Shown: positions 30,127 through 41,650, counted from the stretch's first letter. The stretch: 64,000 nucleotides of DNA from a virus (IMGVR_UViG_3300036792_000176:23998-87997), one strand, 5' to 3'. Made by a program: numbers and translations. The notes: a model not told the origin generated them from the letters alone.

Positions 30127-30199
30127 GGGTGTTAGCTCAGCCGGTCAGAGCAGCGGACTCATAATCCGCCGGTCGTGGGTTCGAGCCCCACACACCCCA
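30126..30199 (+). tRNA. tRNA(CAT), probably Ile2 (lysidine type)
   Basis: cloverleaf GGGGTGT/ACACCCC with GCGGA-CTCATAA-TCCGC arm, resembling actinobacterial Ile2. Confidence 0.85.
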
Positions 30200-30201
30200 C
30201 A

Positions 30202-30292
30202 GGGAAGGAGGAAGCCGTATGTGAGCACCTAGATCACACGCCGTGCCTTGCGTGTCGTGCACCACAGCGACGGCAGCGGCATCCTTCTTCCC
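30202..30292 (+). ncRNA. putative structured small RNA
   Basis: 16-bp closing stem GGGAAGGAGGAAGCCG/CGGCATCCTTCTTCCC with two inner hairpins. Confidence 0.6.
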
Positions 30293-30315
30293 GCAAGGTT
30301 GCCACGGGATCCCAC

Positions 30316-30369
30316 GGGGTAGGCGAGAGTGGCAGGGCATGTCGGTTCGAATCCGGCCCGCCTACCCCA
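30316..30369 (+). ncRNA. tRNA minihelix-like RNA (acceptor stem and T arm only)
   Basis: GGGGTAGGCG/CGCCTACCCC-A enclosing GTCGG-TTCGAAT-CCGGC. Confidence 0.65.
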
Positions 30370-30389
30370 CCTAAGTAAGGAGAGGTTAA

Positions 30390-30999
30390 TTGACTGATCA
30401 GGTCCCAGAGAAGATCCCCGCTCCGGAATACGACCCCACAGCCGGTCGGCCTAATCCAGTGCCGGAAACGGTAACCCCTGAGTCGAGGGCGGACGAGGCG
30501 GGCCAGGAGACAATCGCTCCCGAAGTCAAGCACGTCAGCATTCAGGGTGTGGGCGCTACGGCCGGAACCGCTGTGCCAGCAGTCACCCCGGAGAAGCTAC
30601 AGGCTGACGTGCAGGACGTCGAGGCGAAGGCAAAGCCGGTCGTAATCAAGCTGGAGCACGCCATCGCGGCCATCGACAAGTTCCAGGTCGAGAACCCCGG
30701 CATCAGGTCCTGGGTTGTCGAGGGACTCAAGGACGCGCTGACCGCCATCGAGCATCACGAGAGCTAGCCGATCGCCCCGCCTGGGATATCCTGGGCGGGG
30801 CAGCACTCGTTAAGGAGCGGATATGTATTCAAGTCACGAGCTAGCCAGGCGCTTGCTAGAGCTGCCCGACATCGATGTCGTCCTGACGGAAGACGGAGAA
30901 GCCATAACCGGAGCACACGAGAGCACATACGACGATGGCCAGGCAATAGACGTCGAGTGCATCACTCTCGAGACAGGATCCGAAGAAGAGTCTGAGTAA
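30390..30999 (+). CDS. two hypothetical proteins (30390-30767, 30823-30999)
   Basis: AAGGAG RBSs; a hairpin lies between them at about 30774-30801. Confidence 0.65.
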
Positions 31000-31000
31000 C

Positions 31001-31999
31001 ATGGCACCGATCATCCTCCCTATCGTAACCACTAGCGAGCGAACGTGCTTCCGTCGCTGCCCACAGAAGTGGTACTGGCGCTACGTTGATGGCATGGTGC
31101 CCAAGGGAGACGTACCGGATGCTCTCTGGTTCGGCATAGGAGTTCACGAGGCGCTCGCTGCATGGTATCTGAAGGGGAAGAAGCGTGGCCCGCATCCCGC
31201 TGACACCTTCCTGGAGTGGATCGGTGACGAGCAGCGCCACATTCTCGTGTCCCCGGCCGACCACGAGCGCGCCGACGACGAGCGTGCCAAGTTCGACGAT
31301 GCCAGGGAACTCGGTGTGTCCATGCTAGAGGGGTATGTCGAGGAGTGGGGCGAGGATAGCCACTGGCAGGTGCTAGCGATCGAGCGCCCATTCAAGGTGC
31401 TGGTCAAGCACAATGGCGTATCTATCGCTCGCTTCTGGAGTACATGGGACGGCGTGTACCGCGATCTGCGTGACGGCCGCATATACCTCATGGAGCACAA
31501 GACCGCCTCTCAGATACAGACGTCCTACCTCGAGCTCGATGACCAAGCGGGTATCTACTGGGCGCTAGCCGGTGCTATCCTCCGTAAGGAGGGTGTGCTG
31601 AAGGATCGCGAGGAGATCGCTGGCATACAGTACAACTTCCTGCGCAAGAGCAAGCCTGATGAGCGCCCACGGGACGCGAGCGGCGCGTACCTGAATCAGA
31701 ATGGCTCTGTGAGCAAGCGTCAGCCGCCTGAGCGCTACGTCCGGCCGGATCCTATCGAGCGCAGCCCCAGAGAGCGCAAGACTCAGCTCGAGCGTCTCGA
31801 GGGTGAGGTGGTCTGGATGAATGCTATGCGTTGGGGCGATATGCCTGTCATCAAGAGCACCCAGAAGGACTGCACATTCTGCGAGTTCTTCATCATGTGC
31901 AAGGCCCACGAGCGCGGTGGTGAGAACTGGAAGCAGATAGCCAATTCTCAGTTCGCCATTGGCGAAGACCCCTACGACCGATACCGAAAGGCCGCCTGA
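31001..31999 (+). CDS. Cas4/RecB-like PD-(D/E)XK exonuclease
   Basis: S....FRRCP, WDGV, EHKT, Q..IY, CTFCEF...C. Confidence 0.85.
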   Translation: MAPIILPIVTTSERTCFRRCPQKWYWRYVDGMVPKGDVPDALWFGIGVHEALAAWYLKGKKRGPHPADTFLEWIGDEQRHILVSPADHERADDERAKFDDARELGVSMLEGYVEEWGEDSHWQVLAIERPFKVLVKHNGVSIARFWSTWDGVYRDLRDGRIYLMEHKTASQIQTSYLELDDQAGIYWALAGAILRKEGVLKDREEIAGIQYNFLRKSKPDERPRDASGAYLNQNGSVSKRQPPERYVRPDPIERSPRERKTQLERLEGEVVWMNAMRWGDMPVIKSTQKDCTFCEFFIMCKAHERGGENWKQIANSQFAIGEDPYDRYRKAA

Positions 32000-32004
32000 C
32001 AATT

Positions 32005-32032
32005 TTGCATTACGCTCCGGATACGGTATAAT
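32005..32032 (+). promoter_or_regulatory. sigma70-like promoter TTGCAT-N16-TATAAT
   Basis: near-consensus hexamers upstream of the recombinase. Confidence 0.6.
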
Positions 32033-32047
32033 AGTAGTGATGAAAGG

Positions 32048-32956
32048 ATGCAGATGGCACCAGTCAAGCGGGGCGCTCGTCGTGGCCGGCCAACCGCTAA
32101 GTCACAGCGTGAAGAGCCAGAGAGCATGGAGGTTGATGAGGTCGAGGTCGATATTGAGGATCTCGGCTCATTCGCTGAGAGCATCAACATACTGCTCTAT
32201 GGCCCTAGTGGTGTGGGGAAGACCGTACTTGCCGGTGGTGCCCCGAACGCTACTTTCTTCTCGACAGAAAAGGGTGTCATTGCGGCTCGCCGAGCAGGCC
32301 ACAAGGCTGGGCTGATCCGTGTGCCTACCTGGGAGCACGTCGTGGCAGGCCTCAAGGTGGCAGACGCCAGACTGGGCCCTGAAGACTGGCTTATCGTCGA
32401 CAGCATCACGAAGATGCAGATGCTGTACATTCGATGGATCCTCAAGGTCAACAATCAGCGCAACGGCTCTCGTGACCTTGACATCCCTGCCATCCAGGAT
32501 CACCAGAAGTGGCAGAACGGGTACATGCGCTTCATCGACCATATCGTCGATGCGCAGTACAACTCCATACTGATCGCCACGCAGATGATGAAGGAGGACG
32601 AGGAGGGGGAGGACATGATCCTCCCGGCTATCACCGGCAAGGGATACGCGATAGCCGAGTATGTCTGCGCCCAGACAGACGTGAATCTGTACTACAACGT
32701 CTCGGCCACTGCCAGCACCGACGATATGACCATCCGGAGAGCCCTCGCACAACCATATCCCCCTTACCACGCCAAGGACCGGTACAACTGCCTCGGGAAG
32801 TTCGTGGACGTGGAAGAGAACGATTTCGGAGCGATGAATGGAATCATCGGCAGTATCCAGTCAAGCCTCGACGAGCCCGCAAACGACGAGGTACATCAAG
32901 TGCAGCCAGCACAACTCAATCGTCGCACGCGGAAGCGGAATAAGGCTAGTGCATAA
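32048..32956 (+). CDS. AAA_24/Sak4-like RecA-fold recombinase
   Basis: LLYGPSGVGKT, LIVDSIT, AKDR. Confidence 0.85.
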   Translation: MQMAPVKRGARRGRPTAKSQREEPESMEVDEVEVDIEDLGSFAESINILLYGPSGVGKTVLAGGAPNATFFSTEKGVIAARRAGHKAGLIRVPTWEHVVAGLKVADARLGPEDWLIVDSITKMQMLYIRWILKVNNQRNGSRDLDIPAIQDHQKWQNGYMRFIDHIVDAQYNSILIATQMMKEDEEGEDMILPAITGKGYAIAEYVCAQTDVNLYYNVSATASTDDMTIRRALAQPYPPYHAKDRYNCLGKFVDVEENDFGAMNGIIGSIQSSLDEPANDEVHQVQPAQLNRRTRKRNKASA

Positions 32957-33358
32957 GAAGTCTGGCGTGATTTGCACCAGCCAAATGTTCCAGGTCGTCG
33001 AGGTTCCCAAGGTGAACCGAGAGACGGCATTCGCTGAATTTATGGGATGGGATGGCGATGGGCCCGAGCAGCGATCGTCCTCTGCACCCTGATGAGAAGC
33101 TCGGGATCACCGAGCATAAGCCCGAGACATTCTTCATCGTGACAAATGGAGGTCCGCATCCAGGAACCAGGGTGACGGATGAGGGCCAGATGCCATGGCC
33201 ACTACCCGGCATCCTAGGCGACTCGGGCGGACGGTACATCAAGATCTCCGAGAGCAATCTCGGTCCGCAGGGCGCTGGCAGCCGTATCGTGCGAAGCGCT
33301 CTGTACAAATGGGAGTCGGATACCCCATCCGGCGTCGTAGAAGGAGAGGCAGGCCAAG

Positions 33359-34228
<870 letters not shown>

Positions 34229-34247
34229 CAATCCCCCTCAAATAGAC

Positions 34248-34282
34248 GTCCGGCCTGGGCTCTCGCGGGGTCCAGGCCGGAC
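34248..34282 (+). terminator. hairpin
   Basis: GTCCGGCCTGG/CCAGGCCGGAC. Confidence 0.65.
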
Positions 34283-34614
34283 CCAGGAGCAGTTGTGAAT
34301 GATCTAGTCTTCAGGGAAATACAGCTCAACGGCAAGATTACGGTAGAGCTTCCGGCGCATGTATGGATCGGATTCCTCTACGAGTACTCCTCCTGTGAAT
34401 GGAACGGCATATGCGCCAATAGCATAGTTGGCGCTATCCAGGACGGCATGCTTAGCCCTCTGTACGTCAAGGAGAGGGAGGCGGCCATACAAGAGCATTC
34501 GGCCAAGCACAATTCGATCTTCGCGTCATTCCTTGGCATGCCCCCTGGCGTTCCGCCGAACATCTCCGGGATAACCGACGTCGAGCCGAACGAGGAAAAC
34601 GGAGAATCGACAAG

Positions 34615-35445
34615 TTGATAGTCGAGGTGATTGGGTGCGGACCGGCCGGTCTGGCAGCAGCTCACGCCGCTAAGGGTCTGGGCGCAGACGTCGTCATATA
34701 CGCCCCAAAGGCGATGACACCCCAGCGCGGGCCGCTCCTTATGCAGCGTCCAATACCGGGCATCAACACAGGACACCCCGATGGCACGATACACCAGGTC
34801 GTTATCAACGGAAGCATCCTTGACTACCGATACAAGCTATACGGTGACATCAACATCGGTATCAACGGGGACATCCTGAAGCCGCACTACCATGCCTGGA
34901 AGCATAACGAGACGTACGAGACACTATGGGGGATGTACGAGCATCTTGTGGTAGACCGTCGAATCAGGGCTACCGAGCTTGCGTCCATGCATCGCCAATC
35001 TGATCTCGTTGTGAGCACAGCGAATGCGGAGAGCATGTGTATGCGTGGACATACATTCGTCAGCAAGAGTGTTGCGGTAACGACTAGGGCATCGTTTCTC
35101 GATCAACCTGATAACACGATCATATTCAATGCCGGGGACAGCCCAGACTGGGTTCGTAGCTCACTTGTCTTCGGCGTAGGATCAACAGAGTGGCCGACAG
35201 ACAGAGCGCCATCCGGGTCGCACATCATCCGGAAGCCGGTCAGTACGGACTGCGACTGCTATCCTCATGTTCTCCGTACCGGCCGCTTCGGGAAGTGGCA
35301 GAACGAGACCTGGGTAGATACCGCTTACTGGGACGCGTACAATGCCGTGTACAGCATAAAGCACAAAGAAGAAAGGTACCTTATCGATGGCATCTCAGGC
35401 GGGTTCACAGGAGCAGGACTGCTCGATCTGTCTACTGATAGCTAA
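34615..35445 (+). CDS. FAD/NAD(P)-binding oxidoreductase
   Basis: VIGCGPAGLAAA Rossmann motif; C-terminal GRFGKW. Confidence 0.8.
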   Translation: MIVEVIGCGPAGLAAAHAAKGLGADVVIYAPKAMTPQRGPLLMQRPIPGINTGHPDGTIHQVVINGSILDYRYKLYGDINIGINGDILKPHYHAWKHNETYETLWGMYEHLVVDRRIRATELASMHRQSDLVVSTANAESMCMRGHTFVSKSVAVTTRASFLDQPDNTIIFNAGDSPDWVRSSLVFGVGSTEWPTDRAPSGSHIIRKPVSTDCDCYPHVLRTGRFGKWQNETWVDTAYWDAYNAVYSIKHKEERYLIDGISGGFTGAGLLDLSTDS

Positions 35446-35755
35446 CAGGAGGTACATCGAGCTCCACGAACACGGCGTACTCTTCATACCGAACAATGCG
35501 GTCAAGGAAGGGCATATATGTATCGCCCCTCGCATACATGTCCGTAACGTAATCACCAACCCGGTGATAACCGCCCAGGTGTTCCGGCTCGCTGCCATGC
35601 GAGCGGCGGTACTAGCTCCGGTATGTACCATGAGCACAACGGCCGGTAGTGAGTCGGCAAAGATAATCCCCCATTTCTACATTCACGTGATCCCCTCGAC
35701 GGACGAGGAGATAGCCGAGCAGCTTAAGAAGAGGATCAATGAGTCAGGATCGTAA
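35387..35755 (+). CDS. HIT-family nucleotide hydrolase (degenerate triad)
   Basis: GHICIAPRIHV and IPHFYIHVIP (HxHxH changed to HxYxH); start uncertain. Confidence 0.65.
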   Translation: MASQAGSQEQDCSICLLIANRRYIELHEHGVLFIPNNAVKEGHICIAPRIHVRNVITNPVITAQVFRLAAMRAAVLAPVCTMSTTAGSESAKIIPHFYIHVIPSTDEEIAEQLKKRINESGS

Positions 35756-36656
35756 CACAGGCAAAGAAGTCGCCCGCTTCGCTGATGTGGCGATGTACCG
35801 CGCGCAGCACAACGAGATGGCAGACCGTGGAGAGGAGGTCGTGCCCAGGGTATACCTCGTTGCCATGACGCCCAACCCCCTTCGCGTAATGGCGGCCGCT
35901 GCGGAGCTGTACGCTGGACGAGTGGTGACCGACCCGGAGGACATCAGCCGAGAGACAGCGCTCAAATGGTTCGGCGACATGACGCGAACCGCTCTGCAGG
36001 CCCCTCTGGAATTCATCGATCTCCACTTCATGTTCGAGGGCGTGACCCGCGCCTTTACCCACCAGCTCGTGCGGCAGCGTACCGCTGTGTACGTTCAGGA
36101 GAGCCAGCGCTTCGCTGTCAAGGACAACGCTATGCTCGAGGTGTCATACCCTCCGTCCATAGCTAAGCTGAACGATGACCACCCAATGCGCGTCGTCTGG
36201 GACAAGGCCGTAAGCGAAAACTCCTGGGCGTACAACGCCATGGTCGAGGGCGGAATACCGGCTGAGGATGCCCGCGGTCTTCTGCCCACGAACATCACGA
36301 CAAGGGTCCACTACAAGACCAACCTGCGCAACCTCGCTGAGCACGCTGGCATGCGCCTATGCTCGCAGGCCCAGTACGAGTGGAAGCAGGTCTGGTTCGG
36401 GATTCTCGAGGCCATCAACGAGTACGGTCCAGACGATCAGCGGTGGCAGCAGAAGCGTATCGCAAGCCTGTTCCGTCCAATCTGCTATCGCACCGGTAAC
36501 TGCGAGTTCCGGGCAGAGACGGACCGGTTCTGCGCAATCCGCGAGCGCGTTATGGCGCATCACGCCCGTGGCGAGGGGCCACAGACGTGGGTCGACATCG
36601 ACTCCAGGGAAGCTCTGCGAGAGGGCGCGGCGCGGCTAGCGCCCGACATGACGTGA
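35739..36656 (+). CDS. thyX: flavin-dependent thymidylate synthase-like protein
   Basis: PLEF, VTRAFTHQLVRQR-X7-SQRF, EDARGLLP, TNLRNL, RLC..AQ.E. Confidence 0.85.
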   Translation: MSQDRNTGKEVARFADVAMYRAQHNEMADRGEEVVPRVYLVAMTPNPLRVMAAAAELYAGRVVTDPEDISRETALKWFGDMTRTALQAPLEFIDLHFMFEGVTRAFTHQLVRQRTAVYVQESQRFAVKDNAMLEVSYPPSIAKLNDDHPMRVVWDKAVSENSWAYNAMVEGGIPAEDARGLLPTNITTRVHYKTNLRNLAEHAGMRLCSQAQYEWKQVWFGILEAINEYGPDDQRWQQKRIASLFRPICYRTGNCEFRAETDRFCAIRERVMAHHARGEGPQTWVDIDSREALREGAARLAPDMT

Positions 36657-37655
36657 GCAGCAACTACCGACTCATATGCATGTCGCATCACCCCGCAATA
36701 ACTGTAGGCGACGACATGGTTATAGATACAGCCATCAGGTCGTGGGAGAAAGGTGACGACCGGATAGTCGGCCACGAGAATTGCGATCTCATGGTGGGAC
36801 AGTTCTCGTACCCTCTCGTGAGCGTAGGCTGCTTCGGTATGAGCATGCCGAACTCAGGTTGCAAGGGGCATCATCCGAACATAGCATGGATGGACACGGA
36901 GTGGCTGCGAGTCCTCTCTTATGTGATGGTTATCGATGACGAGACCGAGGGTATGCTACGCCCATTCGTGAATGGCTGCTGGACGCCAAGAAGAATGGAT
37001 AGGCTTCAAAATCTCCTCAAGAGGCAGTGATGGCAAAGCTTACCAGGTGGGGATTTGCAGATGCACTGGTAAGGGCTGGCGTGTTCTCGAAAGATCAGAT
37101 TAATGACATAAGAAGGGTGGTGATAGACTGCCCTTTTAATGACAACCCGGTCATGTACGTAGAGATGTCCACATCCCCGAAGGTTATGGACGTATTCCTG
37201 TCCCTAGATGGCATCAAGATAGTCGGTATCCCAACGGAGGACATTCCGGGTGAGCCAGAAGGAATCGACATACGAGCCGCACGGCCTGAGCAGGGTGCTG
37301 AGGCACCTTCTGAATAAGCACGGGTATGAGGGCATAATCAGTTGTCTGAATAACCTGATGGACAATCCGACGGAACGTTACCTATCGCTATGGCCAGAGG
37401 AGGCGAAAACATATGCCGCAGCTAGAACCAGAAGAGAAGGCTTCAAAGCAATCAATGCCAGCTGGCGGAAAGATCGAACACTTCGCTCTTGAGGCCCGTC
37501 TGTATGTCGAGCTAGATGGTCCGGGCTCACACTCTGATGCAGTCAGGCAAGTAGAGGACAGGCTGTCTCTGGTCATGTATAAGGACGACCCCTCGGTAAG
37601 CGGCCCAAAGATACGTGTCATAAAAATCGAAGAGGTAAGGACCAGAAGGACTTGA
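36653..37655 (+). CDS. small hypothetical genes
   Basis: overlapping ORFs ~36653-37030, 37027-37317, 37250-37492, 37413-37655. Confidence 0.5.
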
Positions 37656-38317
37656 GCAAGATGGACGAGAAAGAACTGTTCATATCGATTGACATCGAGA
37701 CTGATGGCCCCTCCCCCGGGCTGAACAGCATGCTATCCCTCGGGGCAGTAGCATTCACGATGGACACCATCGTGGTGGACAGGTTGTATTCATTCTCGAG
37801 GAACATCCTACCGATAGATGGAGCATTCGAGGACGCCGATACCATGGACTGGTGGGACACCCAGGGAGATGCCTGGGAAATGTGCCACAAGGACCAGGTA
37901 GATGCCGTCGACGCAATCGGAGAATTCGCTGGGTGGCTCGAGGACCTATCCGCGTACGGTAAGCTAGTAGCGGTAGCGTGGCCAGCTGGCTTCGACTTCA
38001 CATTCGTTAACTGGTACATGCACCAGTTCTACGGAAAGAACCCCCTCGGATTCGCATGCATGGACATCCGCAGCTACGCGAACGGCCTGTTCGCTGTATC
38101 CGGGTACTACGAGAAGATACCGGAAGGTGATCTGTACAAGATATTCAGCGTCAAGCTGGATGACATAAAGCCACACGTAGCAGTAGACGATGCTCTGCGA
38201 CAGGGTCGCCTCCTCCACTCTCTCCTCCAGTACGCCGAGGACCTCAGGCGTAACCCGACAGAGGCTAGGGCCTGGCTGAACACAATGGCACGGGCTAACG
38301 GAACAGGCTTGGAGTAA
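37652..38317 (+). CDS. DEDDh 3'-5' exonuclease (Rv2179c-like)
   Basis: IDIETDG, FDF, DIRSY, HVAVDDA. Confidence 0.8.
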   Translation: MSKMDEKELFISIDIETDGPSPGLNSMLSLGAVAFTMDTIVVDRLYSFSRNILPIDGAFEDADTMDWWDTQGDAWEMCHKDQVDAVDAIGEFAGWLEDLSAYGKLVAVAWPAGFDFTFVNWYMHQFYGKNPLGFACMDIRSYANGLFAVSGYYEKIPEGDLYKIFSVKLDDIKPHVAVDDALRQGRLLHSLLQYAEDLRRNPTEARAWLNTMARANGTGLE

Positions 38318-39036
38318 TGGCCGAGCCATGCTGTGCCGAGGGTGCATGCTGTTGCATGTCCAACAATAGCGAAAAGGCATGCTTCTGCGTACACAGGAGG
38401 ATAGTTACCTCGCAGAGGATCTTCGGCCTGCAGGATATATCAGTAGACATCCCGCTAACCCTGTACCCGGGCGCATTCACGAGATTGTCAGCAATGGGAG
38501 AACGAGTGACCGAGCACAGCCACCCCCAAACCCTGGAAGCGCATTTCCAGATTGCAATGCTAAAGAACATGGAGTTCGGGAACACCGCTCCGGTTCGTGA
38601 CGGCCGATATGTTCAGCTGGGTGCTGGCAAGAAGTTCATCAGGAACTGGGTGAACCTGGACTACCCCGAGTGGGACGCCGAGAAGATGCCGCTGCCGTTC
38701 GCTGACGAGGAAGTAGACGGCATCGCTAGCTACCACACCCTCGACCATATCAAGGCGGTCATCCCTCTCCTCGCGGAGATCCAGCGGGTGCTAGTGCCGG
38801 GCGGATGGTTCGTAAACATCGTGCCGCACTACGACTCGGAGCTATGGCACTCCGACCTTACCCACGTCAGCCAGTTTGGCACCGAGACGTGGCGCAGTAT
38901 CTTCAGCACGAGGCACTACAACCACGATGCCGTCGAGGGCCACACAGACTGGCACATGAAGATCAAGTTCAACATGGTGATGGCGGTGACCGAGCGGAAC
39001 GCCGTTCTGGTTACAAAGCTAGTCAAGGAGGATTAG
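38317..39036 (+). CDS. class I SAM-dependent methyltransferase-like protein
   Basis: VQLGAG, LPFADEEVD, HTLDH, EIQRVLVPGG, DLTH. Confidence 0.75.
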   Translation: MAEPCCAEGACCCMSNNSEKACFCVHRRIVTSQRIFGLQDISVDIPLTLYPGAFTRLSAMGERVTEHSHPQTLEAHFQIAMLKNMEFGNTAPVRDGRYVQLGAGKKFIRNWVNLDYPEWDAEKMPLPFADEEVDGIASYHTLDHIKAVIPLLAEIQRVLVPGGWFVNIVPHYDSELWHSDLTHVSQFGTETWRSIFSTRHYNHDAVEGHTDWHMKIKFNMVMAVTERNAVLVTKLVKED

Positions 39037-39037
39037 A

Positions 39038-39544
39038 GTGACTGAGATGGATGACCGAACGATGCAACCAGGACAGCACGAAAGAGGAGGTATCCTGGCA
39101 AACTTCCATAACGAGGGAAGAAGGAGAGAGGCGGAAAGAGTCGCTCACGACCCGCTATCGGGCGGCAATGTAGGTGTTCCTGCTTTCGAGGACAGCATTG
39201 CCATTCGCGCCGCCAAACAGTTCATGGATGAGTGCGGCCTAGTGCCAACACCGGATGCCACGGGACAACTGGTGGAGGTGTTCCTCCCGTGCCTTGCGAT
39301 CATGTGCCAGCGTGGCTACGACCCTAACGGAGGCACCTGGCGAAAGTCTGGCCGTCTCGGCGCGCTATCAGACGTCAGGAAGAAGTTCGAGCGTCTGTGG
39401 GAGCGTATGTGGATCAATGGAAAGCGTCACGATGACTCGGCGTTCGATCTCATCAACTTCACCGGCTTTCTTCTGCGCTCTGAAAGGGAAGGGTTCGGGG
39501 AATGGGGAACCCCTAACCTGGACGGCCTTATGCTCGAGGAGTAA
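39038..39544 (+). CDS. nucleotide-modification-associated domain (Nmad1/DUF1599-like)
   Basis: GY...G.W...G....VRKKFERL.......DSAFDLINF pattern. Confidence 0.55.
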   Translation: MTEMDDRTMQPGQHERGGILANFHNEGRRREAERVAHDPLSGGNVGVPAFEDSIAIRAAKQFMDECGLVPTPDATGQLVEVFLPCLAIMCQRGYDPNGGTWRKSGRLGALSDVRKKFERLWERMWINGKRHDDSAFDLINFTGFLLRSEREGFGEWGTPNLDGLMLEE

Positions 39545-39986
39545 CTATGTCTCATATCATTCTGGCGGCAGCGATACTCGTTGTCCTGGGGGTATTCTTG
39601 TTCGCTACCCTCACGCGAGCGATGTCGCGCTCTGGTCTAACTGTCATTACGAGCGGGGACCCGGACTACAAGATGGTCCTGTGTACCGCAAAGGGGTGCA
39701 AGGACGGGTACATAGTCCTCCGCGGAAGCCATGACATGGTCAGCGCCAATCTGTTCCCGTGCGCGATATGCCATGGAACAGGCCATGTCATGAGGAAGGT
39801 GACGAATGCCTAGTAGTCCTGAGGACGAGCTGAGGGAAGCTACGATCGGACTCGCCAACTCGTACAACTACGTGTGCTCGTTCGGCAATGCGGACGATTA
39901 CGTGAATGAGGAGAACATAACAACCAACACATTCAAGTTCACTCACGATGGCAAGATGTTCAGGGCTACCGTAGTGAAGGAGGGGG

Positions 39987-40925
39987 ATGGTAAAGAAGAA
40001 GAAGTTCTGCAACATGCATCACCATAACACGATGTCATTCGGTGATGGATTCGGAACTGCGAAACAGCATGCAGAGCGCGCCGCTGAGCTAGGGTACCAG
40101 ATCATAGCCGCAACAGACCATGGGAATGTAAGCTCTCATTTCCAGCTAGAGAAGGCAGCCAACAAGGTAGGTCTGAAGGCGGTCTTCGGAGTGGAGGCAT
40201 ACTGTGGGTCTGTGGACCCGGATACGAGGACGCAGTTCAAGAATCACCTCACAATTCTCGCCATGGATGCCGGAGGGTACCGAAGTCTCAACCGAATCGT
40301 CACACAGTCATGGCGGGACTATTACTATCACCCAACGGTCAGCGAGACCTCGCTACGTGATAACAATGACGGTCTCATCGTCCTATCTGGATGCTCTGGA
40401 AGCAGGCTGGCTTGCGCAATGCTTGGAGGAAAGGGCACAGAAGAACATAACGACACTCCTGACCTTGAGGCGGCGGCATTCGTCGTCGAGCAGTACCAGG
40501 CAATCTTTGGGGAGAGATATTATCTAGAGATTCAGCCGTTCTATGAGCTTGAGCGTAGCTGTACCATGAATCAGTCATACGTTCAGCTTAGCCAGTGGTT
40601 CGATATCCCCCTCGTGGTTACGCACGACGTCCATTACCCGCGGATGGAAGACGCCGAGATGCAGGCAGTCCTCCATGCCGCGAGGCGCGGCGGTGATAGC
40701 GTTGACGACGCTATGCGCAAGTGGAATTACGACGTGCCGCTAACCCTACCGTCCAAGGACAGCCACCTAGCATCTCGCCTGATGAAGACCGGCCTGAGCC
40801 GCGAGGACGCATGGCAGGCCATAGAGAACAGCGAGTACGTAGCCAGCCTATGCAACGTAACGCTGCCTAAGGCTGAGCGCCTACGCTACCCCGTCGCCGA
40901 GAAGGACCTGGAGCCATGGACATAG
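39987..40925 (+). CDS. dnaE: DNA polymerase III alpha, N-terminal PHP-domain part
   Basis: MHHH..MSFGDG, TDHG, GVEAY, HLTILA, LSGC, YLEIQ, THDVHY. Confidence 0.9.
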   Translation: MVKKKKFCNMHHHNTMSFGDGFGTAKQHAERAAELGYQIIAATDHGNVSSHFQLEKAANKVGLKAVFGVEAYCGSVDPDTRTQFKNHLTILAMDAGGYRSLNRIVTQSWRDYYYHPTVSETSLRDNNDGLIVLSGCSGSRLACAMLGGKGTEEHNDTPDLEAAAFVVEQYQAIFGERYYLEIQPFYELERSCTMNQSYVQLSQWFDIPLVVTHDVHYPRMEDAEMQAVLHAARRGGDSVDDAMRKWNYDVPLTLPSKDSHLASRLMKTGLSREDAWQAIENSEYVASLCNVTLPKAERLRYPVAEKDLEPWT

Positions 40926-41650
40926 AGGAGGCGCTAGATCTTCTGGAGAGCGTGGTGATTCGTCCGGAGCCTAAGCCGATTCTATTCACTCTGTTCTACG
41001 ACCCCAACATCCCTCTGAAGGACCAGATATGGCCGAAGCACAACTCGTAAGGTGCCGATGCGAGTCATGCTGTCCATGGCAGCCTCCATGCCCAAATGCC
41101 GCCACCCAGGAAGACTGGCTGTGTGATGTATGTAGGGTAGCGGTAAACGGAAATCAGGAAGACGATCAGCACTGTCACACCGAGATGATAGATGAAAGGA
41201 ACAAGGGAATAGACGGCGATATTGATGCGAAAATAGAAGAGCATCTTCGCAATACTCTTGGTGCCCGTAGGATTCCGTACATACCCGCAAACGAGCTAGA
41301 AGGAAGCCAAGACGGTACGGCAGCTTACACTTGGCCGGACGATGCCGCGTAGGGTAGCGCCGGGAAAATCTGGCAAAGTCGGCATAACAGATGAAGAGCT
41401 AGAGATCTTCATGCCTCAACTAGATGCTGCATGGAAGGTGATTGATAGCTGGCCACTAGGACAGCCGATGAAGGACATGGCTGCGCTCATAGTTCTCAAG
41501 GTTATTGCAGTCACATCGAAGCAGCTCGACGATGTCGGTGTGTACGGTAGGCTAGAGCGTAGAGCTACCGGTGTTCGGGACGAAATGATGGAGAAAGCGT
41601 ATGCCGACAAAGCAGCTATCGAGTTCACTGACGACTGCGGTTTCTTCTGA
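40916..41650 (+). CDS. three small ORFs inserted between the dnaE halves (40916-41050, 41029-41352, 41342-41650)
   Basis: mutually overlapping + strand ORFs; the middle one is Cys-rich. Confidence 0.6.

Noticed and set aside
28491-30369. Ro60/Y RNA system (vWA protein plus tRNA-like RNAs)
   Set aside because: The protein has only a vWA domain with no room for TROVE, and no clear Ro-binding stem was found. An Rfam check would still be useful.
31001-31999. Cas4-like gene as evidence of CRISPR
   Set aside because: No repeat-spacer array or other cas genes; it sits in the usual nuclease-recombinase-SSB module.
40925-41601. Intein, intron or ribosomal bypass joining the dnaE halves
   Set aside because: No Cys/Ser...His-Asn intein ends or homing nuclease seen; the gap is filled with coupled ORFs and the second half has its own RBS.
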